NCBI GenBank assembly: GCA_964427135.1
Contig: CAYRTH010000002.1
Location: forward strand, 12,732 to 76,731
Direction: 5' to 3'
DNA from: an uncultured Phycisphaeraceae bacterium
GTDB lineage: Bacteria > Planctomycetota > Phycisphaerae > Phycisphaerales > Phycisphaeraceae
DNA: 64,000 nucleotides
Under the pieces are notes generated by a model that did no database searches, was not told the origin of the DNA, and worked only from the letters and a program-made list of their open reading frames with translations. The translations under genes and the position numbers were made by a program. Shown piece by piece: positions 27,878 through 36,517 of the stretch; within the stretch, counting starts at the first letter, position 1; every line of letters starts with the position of its first letter.

Positions 27878-28894
27878 TTAACAGCTTCGTTCCACCGCTG
27901 CCGCGATGCGCGCCAATGATTTCATCAGTTCCGTCAGCGCCCCGGGGGTGATCGATTGTGCCCCATCGGTCATGGCGTGTTCCGGGTCATCGTGTACCTC
28001 AATAATCAAACCATCCGCCCCAGCCGCCACCGCAGCCCGGCACATGTCCGCCACGAGCCTGGCGTGCCCTGTGCCCTGCGACGGGTCCACGATCACCGGC
28101 AAATGCGTGCGCTGATGCAGTTCCGGGATCGCTGACAACGACAACGTGTTGCGGGTGTGATCTTCAAATGTACGAATGCCCCGTTCACATAAAATCACAT
28201 TGGGGTTGCCTGCCGCGAGTATGTATTCCGCTGCCTGAAGGTATTCATCAATGGTCATGGCCATGCCGCGTTTGAGCAGCACCGGCTTGGGCTGTTTACC
28301 GCAGACTTCCAACAAGCGAAAGTTTTGCGCATTGCGTGTGCCGATTTGCAGACAGTCAGCATAACGGGCCACCAATTCGACATCGCCGGGGGTCACCACT
28401 TCCGTGATTACCGCTAATCCGGTCTGTGCGCGGGCCTCGGCCAGTATTTTCAAACCCTCTTCCGCCAGGCCTTGAAACGCATACGGGCTGGTGCGGGGTT
28501 TGAATGCTCCGCCGCGCAGTGCATGTGCCCCCGCAGCCTTCACATGCTCGGCTGCGTTCAACAATTGATCATGACTTTCGACACTGCAAGGCCCGGCCAC
28601 CACCGGCACATGGTTGCCCCCGAACACGCAATTCGTACTGACCTTCACCTGCGTCGGTTGTTTACGCATTTCCCTGGCCGCCATTTTGTACGGCGCCAGA
28701 ATGCGCATGACGCGATCGACGCCCGGGGCCTGTTCGAGTCGGTCCTTGTCTTTTTTGCGATCATCGCCGATGACCGCTACGACGGTCAGTTCCGTGCCGA
28801 CGATGGGGTGGTCCTTGAGGCCCATTTCCCGTACCAGTTCTTTCACGTGTTCGACTTGCATGGGGGTGGCATCCGGTCGCATCACGACGATCAT
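27878..28894 (-). CDS. aroF: 3-deoxy-7-phosphoheptulonate (DAHP) synthase, type I-beta with N-terminal ferredoxin-like regulatory domain
   Basis: 338 aa that aligns with my recollection of Thermotoga-type DAHPS (MIVVM...VIGDD..., [54 protein letters not shown]). AAGGAG lies 6 nt upstream of the ATG at 28894. The ORF-track N-terminal extension is rejected. Confidence 0.92.
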   Translation of the reverse strand: MIVVMRPDATPMQVEHVKELVREMGLKDHPIVGTELTVVAVIGDDRKKDKDRLEQAPGVDRVMRILAPYKMAAREMRKQPTQVKVSTNCVFGGNHVPVVAGPCSVESHDQLLNAAEHVKAAGAHALRGGAFKPRTSPYAFQGLAEEGLKILAEARAQTGLAVITEVVTPGDVELVARYADCLQIGTRNAQNFRLLEVCGKQPKPVLLKRGMAMTIDEYLQAAEYILAAGNPNVILCERGIRTFEDHTRNTLSLSAIPELHQRTHLPVIVDPSQGTGHARLVADMCRAAVAAGADGLIIEVHDDPEHAMTDGAQSITPGALTELMKSLARIAAAVERSC

Positions 28895-28944
28895 GACTCG
28901 CTCCTTGGGGCTGTGGTTGGCGATCCGCCCGACACAGGCAATGG

Positions 28945-28980
28945 CCAACAACAAAAAACCCCGACGCAGCCGCGTCAGGG
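28945..28980 (-). terminator. Intrinsic terminator inside the aroF 5' leader (candidate attenuator)
   Basis: On the minus strand: CCCTGACGC-GGCT-GCGTCGGGG followed by TTTTTTGTTGTT. It lies about 50 nt upstream of the aroF ATG and 30 nt after the stop of the aromatic-rich ORF. Confidence 0.6.
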
Positions 28981-29010
28981 TTCGTGTGCTTCTTGTTCTT
29001 GGTAGAAGGA

Positions 29011-29100
29011 TTACGTTCCCGTCGCGGCTATCCGTGGGGTGGCCCAAAAGTACGCAAAATAAAACGCAGCGGTGAACATTATGCCGTAAGTCTGACGCAT
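29011..29100 (-). CDS. Candidate leader peptide rich in Phe/Tyr/Trp
   Basis: Hand translation: [29 protein letters not shown], with an alternative ATG at 29079. Seven aromatic residues occur in an 11-residue run. No clear SD. Confidence 0.35.
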   Translation of the reverse strand: MRQTYGIMFTAAFYFAYFWATPRIAATGT

Positions 29101-29241
29101 AAACCGGTGAAAGTCAAATATTGACCACGAACTTACATTCAAGTATCCGTCGTTGTTTTGACGAAATGAATTTCGAGAGCTACGATCCAGAAGAATCATG
29201 ATTTCCCCATAATAATGATGAATCCTTAACAAGGGTTTACA

Positions 29242-29463
29242 ATGTCATCTTTCTGGCGCGGTTTTCTTTCACTGACAGCCTTGTTCCAAGGGCGCGATCA
29301 TGCTCCCATGGATGCACCCATCGTCTATCCTTGGCCAAGCGAGTCGGCTGCGCTACACAACGATTGGAAACGTGTGGGTGGTGATTTACGACGAGCCCTT
29401 CGTAGTTATGAACGCCAGGGAACCAAAGGCCAAATGCATTTGTTTGATGTCAGTACCAAGTGA
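29242..29463 (+). CDS. Hypothetical small protein
   Basis: 73-aa ORF whose end overlaps the next gene by 4 nt (GTGA). Visibly lower GC than the flanks. Confidence 0.35.
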   Translation: MSSFWRGFLSLTALFQGRDHAPMDAPIVYPWPSESAALHNDWKRVGGDLRRALRSYERQGTKGQMHLFDVSTK

Positions 29464-29963
29464 GTGAAGATTTACCAAATTCCCCGCTCGAAAAACGACC
29501 TTCTGCTTCTGAGGTTGTCTTGGAAGCTAATCAGGAAAAGGCCGGGCGATCTGCTTTGATTGCTGCCAGCTACCGCGAAGGTCCGTTACCTGCCGCAGAC
29601 GAGTTTGCTGATTATGAGCGCGTGTTGCCCGGTGCCGCTGATCGTATTTTGCGTATGGCGGAAGCCGAACAGCAACACCGCCATCAAATGGAATCAGACA
29701 GCACCAAAGTTTTTTCCGAAGATCGACAAGCACAAAACGCACAGTTTCGACGTGGTCAATTTTTTGCCCTGTTGATTGGCTTGTTGGCTTTGCTCGTGCC
29801 CGCGATCATCGCCATGCTTTATGACAACCCCACGGCAACGATCGTGGCGGGAGTGGTGAGTGTCGTACTCGGAGGCAGCGGCCTGGTCGCGGTCATTCGA
29901 GCTTTTACGGGGCCACGGGGTCAAACTTCCGACTCTTCTTCCGATACCGTCACACGTTCATGA
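29460..29963 (+). CDS. DUF2335-like membrane protein
   Basis: Contains YREGPLPAADEFADYERVLPGAADRILRMAEAEQQHRH followed by two TM helices. Confidence 0.55.
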   Translation: MSEDLPNSPLEKRPSASEVVLEANQEKAGRSALIAASYREGPLPAADEFADYERVLPGAADRILRMAEAEQQHRHQMESDSTKVFSEDRQAQNAQFRRGQFFALLIGLLALLVPAIIAMLYDNPTATIVAGVVSVVLGGSGLVAVIRAFTGPRGQTSDSSSDTVTRS

Positions 29964-29972
29964 AGTGATGAC

Positions 29973-32459
29973 TCAAGGCCTTGGGTCCACCGTTTCCGGG
30001 CTCACATGATTGGCCGTCGCTGGGGGCAGGGGCGCGGGTGTCACCGCCTGCACCGGGCCGATCACTTTTTCCAACTCCGCCAAAGTCGCGCGATGCACCT
30101 GCGGTAACGCTCCGGGCAGTGCCTCCTGCATCACCAAAATCAGCGCCCGGGCGCGTTCGGGTTTGTCCGGCAATTGCTTTTGCGCCGCCTGCAAAAACAG
30201 GGTTACCAATTCATTCACCATCGGGTCCGATGTCGCTGTATTTTCCGCGCTCGTATCCACCGGTGCCCCCGCTGGCGCAGCCGTGACCAGTTTCGCATAC
30301 GAACCCAGCAGGTCGTAATCCGCCAGCATCAGTTTGCCTTGTGTCACCAGCAGTGCCCATTGCCGCCGCTCTTGCAAGGTGATCGACCCTTGCAACTGAT
30401 GGCGTTCGATTTTCAGGGCATCGCTCAAAGCCGGTCTCCACTGTTTTTCACCCGCGTGCAACTGCGCCCTTGCCAACAGCAACGCCCCCGCAGTCTGCGC
30501 TTGTGCCAGTGACCATTTGCTCGTGTCGTGCGTTACCGATGCCCCTGCATTGCCGTTGGCGTTGGTATTGCCGTTGCTCGTCACGCCTGCGGTCGCGCCG
30601 GGGAACAATCGATCAATCGCCGCCGTGAGCACCCGTAAACGCAACTCCGGGCCGACGCCGTCGGTCAGCAATCGTTCATCCACCCGCAACACCATCGTGG
30701 CCGACTCGCGTCCGGCCAGGTTCACCAAAGCTCGTTCCCAGCGTTCGCTCAATGCGGTGTCCGTCGGTCGCTGTTCCACCAAAAACCACATCACGCCCGA
30801 TTCGCCCGGCTGTGTGCTTTGCTCCGGCGCGTTGCCCCGGGTCAATACACCCTCGAGCAATACGGCGTACAACTCGTCGCGTTCACCCGTCGGTAACTCT
30901 TTGAGTCGTTGCACTAGCGGCCAGAGCGACCGGGTTGACTCCGCCAACAAGCGTGCTGCGGTGCGACGTACCACCGGTTCACGATGATCCAAAAGCCCTT
31001 GGAGGTACTGCCAATCGTTTTCTTCACCCACCTTTGCCAGCAAACGCACCAGCGCGGGTTCGGGTGATTCACTGTTGATCACAGCCGAGCGTGTCGCCTG
31101 TAAAACCGAGGCCTGCTGTGCTGGATTGAGCATGGCATTGGCCGACAGTGATGATGTGGTCAAAAACTCGGCCGCTTCGCGCTGCAATTGACTTTGTTGC
31201 AAAAACTGGATCACCGGTTGCACCGCTGCCGTGCGCGGCATGCGTGTCAATAACAACAAATAGGCCCGCAACAATTCGGGCCGCTTTTCCTGTTCCAGTT
31301 GCAACACCGCTGCCGCCTTGTCCGCCGCTGCCGGTTCCGCCAGGTCACGTAACACCAGCGTGGCCCGCTGCCGCAGTTCAGGGAGTTGATCGTCCATGGT
31401 GGCCAGCAATGCCTGCCGCAATTCAGGCGTAGCCATGGTCGGCCCGGCTTCGCCCACCGCCAGTTCGCACAAACTCATGCCCAGCAAGCGCACCGCCTCG
31501 ACCGTGTCCCCAAGCATGGCTGTCAGCAGTGCCGGTCGTTTGTCAGCCGTGCTGTTGCGATAAAGTGATCGTTGTGATTCAACCAGCCGCAATTCCGTTT
31601 GCCTTAGTTGATTGATCAATTGATCGCGCTGCTGATCAAGGTTGTCAAAAATCAGCCGCTGCCACTGCTCAGCCGACAGATCACGATGCGTCAGCCACCA
31701 TTGCTGCCAACGCGCCTGGTCGTAGCCGAGGTTGCTTTGACCGGTGATGCGAATCAATCCGTTGTACGCGGCGTTACGTACCGTGGCTGGTTGCAGGGGT
31801 TCAATCAGTTGCATCAGCGTGGCGGTGGCGTTGCGACTTCGCTCTACCGACAACGCATTGATTGCTGCCACCCTTGCCGGTTGAGGCAAGCGCGGGTCCA
31901 GCGCCAAAGCCGACACACCTGACAAGGTTGCCGGGTCGTTGTAACGCGACAGGGTTAAACTCAATTCCGACAATAACGGTTCCTCGGCTGACGCCAGCAA
32001 ATCCGTCAGCACCGCCACCCACTCCCTCGGCGGGGCAGCCCCCTGTGAACTCAATGCCACTCCTCGTAAAATCGCCCAGGGCACCACCGGGTCCGGCGAA
32101 GTGGCCAATTCCAAGCGCAACTGATTCCGTGCAGCCGGGTCACCCGATTCATACAACCTACCCACCGCCTGTACCCGCACATTGGCATCCGCCTGCGGGT
32201 TGCGCAGGGTTTTGAGCAACTCCGCCAATGTCGCCCCCTGTGGGTTCGCTTCCGCCGGCGTCACTAAACCCGGTACCGCCCCCGGTGTCGTGCCCGGCTG
32301 GGTCGCGGGTATGGGGGCCTGATTTTGTGCATAAACCGCAGCAACCGGACCGAGCACACCCAACACCGCCCCCACGCCAACCTGTGACCAGGTGCGGGCT
32401 TTGAACCAGGGCTTGATGGGGGACGATGGTTTCATAAAAAACAAGGCGTGATATTGCAC
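29973..32459 (-). CDS. Large secreted HEAT/ARM-like repeat protein
   Basis: 828 aa with an N-terminal signal-like segment and repeated helical units (ANVRVQAVGRLYESGDPAAR, EPVVRRTAARLLAES). An alternative start is the ATG at 32435. Confidence 0.5.
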   Translation of the reverse strand: MQYHALFFMKPSSPIKPWFKARTWSQVGVGAVLGVLGPVAAVYAQNQAPIPATQPGTTPGAVPGLVTPAEANPQGATLAELLKTLRNPQADANVRVQAVGRLYESGDPAARNQLRLELATSPDPVVPWAILRGVALSSQGAAPPREWVAVLTDLLASAEEPLLSELSLTLSRYNDPATLSGVSALALDPRLPQPARVAAINALSVERSRNATATLMQLIEPLQPATVRNAAYNGLIRITGQSNLGYDQARWQQWWLTHRDLSAEQWQRLIFDNLDQQRDQLINQLRQTELRLVESQRSLYRNSTADKRPALLTAMLGDTVEAVRLLGMSLCELAVGEAGPTMATPELRQALLATMDDQLPELRQRATLVLRDLAEPAAADKAAAVLQLEQEKRPELLRAYLLLLTRMPRTAAVQPVIQFLQQSQLQREAAEFLTTSSLSANAMLNPAQQASVLQATRSAVINSESPEPALVRLLAKVGEENDWQYLQGLLDHREPVVRRTAARLLAESTRSLWPLVQRLKELPTGERDELYAVLLEGVLTRGNAPEQSTQPGESGVMWFLVEQRPTDTALSERWERALVNLAGRESATMVLRVDERLLTDGVGPELRLRVLTAAIDRLFPGATAGVTSNGNTNANGNAGASVTHDTSKWSLAQAQTAGALLLARAQLHAGEKQWRPALSDALKIERHQLQGSITLQERRQWALLVTQGKLMLADYDLLGSYAKLVTAAPAGAPVDTSAENTATSDPMVNELVTLFLQAAQKQLPDKPERARALILVMQEALPGALPQVHRATLAELEKVIGPVQAVTPAPLPPATANHVSPETVDPRP

Positions 32460-32523
32460 GATCTATGCTTATAATATCGAACGTTTGACCCCCCGCTGAG
32501 CAGACTTTGTTTTGCGTGACCTT

Positions 32524-33921
32524 ATGAGCGATTGGAATCAGGCCGAACATCACGCCGAGCGAGCCCGACGCTTTTATCAGGCCGGCCAATGGGAAAAAGC
32601 CCTGGCCGAGTTGAACTGCGCCCTGGCGTCCAACCCGCAACAGGGCGATTGGCACTTTGGTAAAGGTTTAACGCTCGATGCCCTGCGTCGGTTCGACGAA
32701 GCCGTCGCCAGTTTTGAAGAAGCCTGGCGATTGCGGGGCGACGATGTCGAAACCATGCTGCATCTGTCGGTGGACCTCATCCGAGCCGACAAACCCCAGC
32801 GTGCCATTGAAGTACTGGAAAAAGTCGCAGCCGTGGACCCGGATTGCGAATCATCCTTTTGTTACCGCATTGCCGCTTACGCCCAATTGGGTGACCACGA
32901 AGCCGCGGAAACCATGTTTTACCTGGCAAGGCAACTTTCCGATGAATGCCCGGTGTGCCTGGATCATTTAGCGCAAAGTCTGGCCACGCGGGGCAACTAC
33001 ATCAAGGCGCAATGGTGTTGGCAGCAGGTGGTGAAAATCGAGCCGCGCTTTCCGGGTGTGCACCTGAACCTTGCCCGGCTGTATTGGAAGACCGGTCGGC
33101 ATGAGCGTGCTGAACAGGAATACCACCAACACCTGCGTGAAGACCCCGGTGATGCCCACACCCGCCTTGAATATGGTCAGTTGCTGTTGGAAGAAGACCG
33201 CCGGGCCGAGGCAACCGAGCAATTCAACCGTGTGCTTGAGTTTGATGCGACGCAGACGCGGGCAATGCTGCATTTGGGTGAATTGGCCCTGGCCGATGGT
33301 CATTATGATGCGGCGCAAAAATTATTGGAGCGCACCGCCCAGCAGCAGCCTGATTTGCCGGGGTTGAAGCTGCGCCAGGCCCAGTTGCTTTTTCAGCGCG
33401 ACAAAATGAGCAAGGCTCGGGAACTGGCGCTGGAAGAAATCACCACCCCCGGTTTGAATCCGTCACAGGCGCTGGAATTGGGCCGACTACTCATCGAACT
33501 GCACACCCCCGGCCCGGTGCCGCGTTTGCTCGAATCGTTCATCAATAAAGCCGTCGAACAGAGTTACCCTGATGAACTTCATGCCACGCTTTTGCTTTGC
33601 CGGGGCGTGTCGCGCTTGTTGGATGAACAGTACCACGCCGGTATCCGTGATTGTCAGCGTGCCCATCGTTTGAACCCCAGGCACCTGCTGGCACCGCACA
33701 ATCTGATACTGGCGTACCTGCACGAACGACGCTGGCCACGCGCTTTTTTCTGGATGCGCAAAGCATTGAGCTTGGCACCCAAAGAAAAAGACTTAAAACG
33801 CCTGCGCTGGCGGCTGCGCTATCACTTTGTCCGCGATCGATTCCGACGACTGTTAATGAAGTTACGCCCACGCCTGAACTTTGTCGCTTTGGACAAAGAT
33901 CAGGATGGTTTGAGGAAATAG
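32524..33921 (+). CDS. TPR-repeat protein
   Basis: TPR units throughout. The ATG at 32524 is preferred over the TTG at 32512. Confidence 0.7.
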   Translation: MSDWNQAEHHAERARRFYQAGQWEKALAELNCALASNPQQGDWHFGKGLTLDALRRFDEAVASFEEAWRLRGDDVETMLHLSVDLIRADKPQRAIEVLEKVAAVDPDCESSFCYRIAAYAQLGDHEAAETMFYLARQLSDECPVCLDHLAQSLATRGNYIKAQWCWQQVVKIEPRFPGVHLNLARLYWKTGRHERAEQEYHQHLREDPGDAHTRLEYGQLLLEEDRRAEATEQFNRVLEFDATQTRAMLHLGELALADGHYDAAQKLLERTAQQQPDLPGLKLRQAQLLFQRDKMSKARELALEEITTPGLNPSQALELGRLLIELHTPGPVPRLLESFINKAVEQSYPDELHATLLLCRGVSRLLDEQYHAGIRDCQRAHRLNPRHLLAPHNLILAYLHERRWPRAFFWMRKALSLAPKEKDLKRLRWRLRYHFVRDRFRRLLMKLRPRLNFVALDKDQDGLRK

Positions 33922-33946
33922 AAGCAAGCGGTGGGTGATCCAAAGA

Positions 33947-33982
33947 ATCCTGAACTTCATGAGGACATGAAGTTCAGGCGTG
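33947..33982. repeat. Hairpin of the CACGCC-TGAACTTCA family (reverse orientation)
   Basis: ATCCTGAACTTCATGAGGACATGAAGTTCAGGCGTG, ending 16 nt before the mutM ATG. Confidence 0.85.
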
Positions 33983-33997
33983 GCATAAAATCCTTTC

Positions 33998-34840
33998 ATG
34001 CCGGAACTGCCCGAAGTCGAAACCACCCGTCGAACCCTGCTCCCTGCGCTGGGCAAACAGATCGTCCAAGTCCAACTGCGCACACCTCACTACGTCACCG
34101 GCCGACGTGATGCCGACAGTTTGCTCGAAGGTTGCACCCTCACCGCACTGCAGCGCCAGGGTAAAGAATTGTTGATGGTGGGTCGGCAACAACATTCGCA
34201 TCAACCTGACGATCAACCAACCTTGGGTTTGCATCTGGGCATGACCGGCTCGCTCTGCCTGGTGTCGGACACTTCACCCCTGGTGCAACGCAAACATGTG
34301 CACATCACCTGGCACCTGGACGATCAGCGAGCCATCGTGTTTCACGACCCCCGCAAGTTCGGCGGCGTATGGTCATTCCGTGATGTAAAAATCGCGCAAT
34401 CAGTACGTTTTGCCAAACTCGGCCCCGATGCTTTGCTCATCAACCCCGATGATTTATTCACTCGCCTTCATCACACCCGCCGATGCCTCAAAGTAGCATT
34501 GCTGGATCAACAACTCGTGGCCGGGCTTGGCAATATTTATGTGGATGAAACCCTTTTCCGTGCAGGCGTTTCACCCCGCAAAATGGCGCATCGGGTCAGC
34601 ATGGAACAAGCAATACTTATCGCCATCGAATCGAAAAAGGTATTGCACGAAGCGCTCGACTCCGGCGGATCGACTCTGCGCAATTATGTCAACGGCGACG
34701 GTCAACCCGGTGCCTTTCAAATGCAATTACGGGTTTACGGCCGTGGCGGTCAACCTTGCCTGCAATGCAATACCAAACTTCATAGCATCACCCTGGCGGG
34801 ACGAACCACGGTGTACTGCCCCCAATGTCAGCGGGCGTGA
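33998..34840 (+). CDS. mutM: Formamidopyrimidine-DNA glycosylase
   Basis: N-terminus MPELPEVETTRR and C-terminal zinc finger CLQCNTKL...YCPQCQ. Confidence 0.92.
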   Translation: MPELPEVETTRRTLLPALGKQIVQVQLRTPHYVTGRRDADSLLEGCTLTALQRQGKELLMVGRQQHSHQPDDQPTLGLHLGMTGSLCLVSDTSPLVQRKHVHITWHLDDQRAIVFHDPRKFGGVWSFRDVKIAQSVRFAKLGPDALLINPDDLFTRLHHTRRCLKVALLDQQLVAGLGNIYVDETLFRAGVSPRKMAHRVSMEQAILIAIESKKVLHEALDSGGSTLRNYVNGDGQPGAFQMQLRVYGRGGQPCLQCNTKLHSITLAGRTTVYCPQCQRA

Positions 34841-34864
34841 ATGACAAACCTGATGCATTGCCGT

Positions 34865-35064
34865 CAAGCCAAGTACGAATCGGCACCGTAGTTGACGATG
34901 AGGGCTTGGGTATTTTTTATGTCCAAAGTCCAAAGTCACGAATAGTATTTGACCATGGACTTTGGACCTGTGACTTTGGACGCACCAGATACCCAAGCCC
35001 TCGGCTTCCCCCGGGGGTCAGCCTCGTTCTTGGCTTGGTAAATCCGAAATTCGAAATTCGAAAT
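34865..35064. repeat. About 200-bp inverted-repeat mosaic (CAAGCC..GGGTAT cores, central TCCAAAG word pair, terminal TCGAAAT array)
   Basis: Left core at 34865-34913 and right core plus array at 34989-35064. The centre holds GTCCAAAGTCCAAAGTCAC and GTGACTTTGGAC. Confidence 0.75.
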
Positions 35065-35194
35065 ATGTCTTCGCTGGCTGGACTTTTCATTTTGCGGTAC
35101 ATTGCCGATGAGTTCCCTGAACCGTGCAGGCATCGTGGTCGGTGGCGTGTTGTCAACCAACCACCCCCCCCATTCCAACGAGGAGTTCTTCCCC

Positions 35195-35692
35195 ATGCAG
35201 ACGACATTCAAGCTGATGGCTGTGCTTCTGGTCAGTGCGACTATGTTGGCTTGTGAATCCACCACGACGACCTCAGCCGACAAAACCACCGGCGCGGTCG
35301 CTCCCGCCGTCATGCCGGTGACGGTGTTGCGGCAAATCAGTGGCAATGACCCGGCTTTGAAATTCCCCGCGGTCATGCTGATCAAAACTCAGGTGGAACT
35401 CGACGCCCTGCAGGCCAAGGAATTGGCTGGCGCAAAGGTCGATTTCAGCAAAGAGTCAATGGTCGTGATCGCCCTGGGTGAACAGGCCACCGGCGGATAC
35501 TGGGCACAGGTGACCGCAGTGCAATCCGCAGGTTCGCAATTGTTTGTGCAAGGTATCGCCAACCGTCCGGGTAAAGATGAAGTTACCACGCAGGTGAAAA
35601 CTTACCCCTTTGCCGCCGCCGTGATCGCCAAGTCCGCCGCTGGCAGCGTGCGTAGTGATGTGCAATCGGTGGTTGGGCAGAAGAAGCCTTGA
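35195..35692 (+). CDS. PrcB C-terminal-domain lipoprotein
   Basis: AGGAG upstream. Signal MQTTFKLMAVLLVSATMLAC and PrcB_C-like segment VVIALGEQATGGYWAQVTAV...TYPFAAAVI. Confidence 0.5.
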   Translation: MQTTFKLMAVLLVSATMLACESTTTTSADKTTGAVAPAVMPVTVLRQISGNDPALKFPAVMLIKTQVELDALQAKELAGAKVDFSKESMVVIALGEQATGGYWAQVTAVQSAGSQLFVQGIANRPGKDEVTTQVKTYPFAAAVIAKSAAGSVRSDVQSVVGQKKP

Positions 35693-35730
35693 GTGAATTA
35701 AGCATCGCGATTGTTTTGCAAATTCATTTC

Positions 35731-35756
35731 GCCCCCGGTCATTGACCGGGGGCTAT
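35731..35756. repeat. Hairpin repeat GCCCCCGGTCATTGACCGGGGGCTAT
   Basis: Same family as 20006 and 40598. Confidence 0.85.
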
Positions 35757-35846
35757 GTTTTTCATGAGGCATTCAGGGCAACCGCAGCTTTCATCATTGG
35801 CGAAATTTGTTACAGAGACATGACAGGACGAACTATGCAGAAAGTG

Positions 35847-36300
35847 CCACGAAGTCACGAAGGACACGAAGAAGACCGAAAACATATTGCCGAACCAAAC
35901 AGGGGCCATTGAACAACGCCAAGACGCCAAGTAGATCATCATGGATCGTGAACTTCACCCAGAGTTTCACCGCAGAGTACGCAGAGAGCGCCGAGCAGAA
36001 AGGTGCTGAGTGCTCGGAGCTTGTGGTTAGGTTAAACCGCATCATTTTTGAATCTACCCAGGCGCTCGCCATTTGGTATCTCTGCGTTCTCCGTGTTCTC
36101 TGCGGTGTCAACATGCCGATGAAGTACGGCTGGCCATGGTTGCTGGTCAAGGCAATCGTCAAGAACAGTAAATGAATATCGCAGTAAGCACAGAGGTGAT
36201 TTTGCAACCCCCTTTTTCTTCGATTACTTCCTCTTCGTGTACTTCGTGACTTCGTGGCCCCTCTCTGCTTGGCAACTTGGCCCCTTGGCGGCTTGGCGTT
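35847..36300. repeat. Tandem-word inverted-repeat mosaic (CACGAAG, GCCAAG and GCAGAGA words)
   Basis: A 35847-35874, B 35925-35941, C 35965-35992, C' 36077-36110, A' 36228-36257, B' 36267-36300. Confidence 0.8.
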
Positions 36301-36517
36301 TAAAAGCGAAGGTAGTGTTTCGAGGGTGGAAATTCGGGTGCTGCAAGTAGAACGCGGTTACCCTGCATGATGCATTGAATGACGAAACAGTATTTCAACC
36401 CATGGGGCGGGTTGTTATGCCACCGGTGAATTCATGTTAAAATCCGGGAGTCGTGTTAACCTTTTTCTGACGTGGCGCTGACCGGAAGCTCACGATCGGG
36501 CGCTAGGGTGGTTGCAC

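Noticed and set aside
27878-29047. N-terminal extensions in the ORF track: aroF to 29047, gspG from 10903, gatA to 57483, gatC to 57840, deoR to 45875, the coiled-coil gene to 21314, the TerB-like gene to 18519 and the glycosidase from 21519.
   Set aside because: Family-typical N-termini with SD-like sequences occur at internal starts. The extensions run through repeat elements or leader regions.
29011-29232. 73-aa minus-strand ORF as a conventional protein.
   Set aside because: It lies in an AT-rich promoter/leader region with no homology features. Only its aromatic-rich 3' part, followed by a terminator, makes sense, and it is reinterpreted as a candidate leader peptide. That reading is itself unproven.
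35807-36207. ORFs inside the repeat mosaics and spacers: 35739-35942, 35807-36175, 35833-36207, 47683-47916, 50957-51268, 50914-51744, 44829-45620, 7354-7935 and 7667-7939.
   Set aside because: Their sequences are translations of tandem 7-9-nt words (FVSFVSSW, SAFSAFSAV, HEDTKDTKK, IDAEGF). They show no coding periodicity beyond the repeat itself, and they overlap real genes or AT-rich cores.
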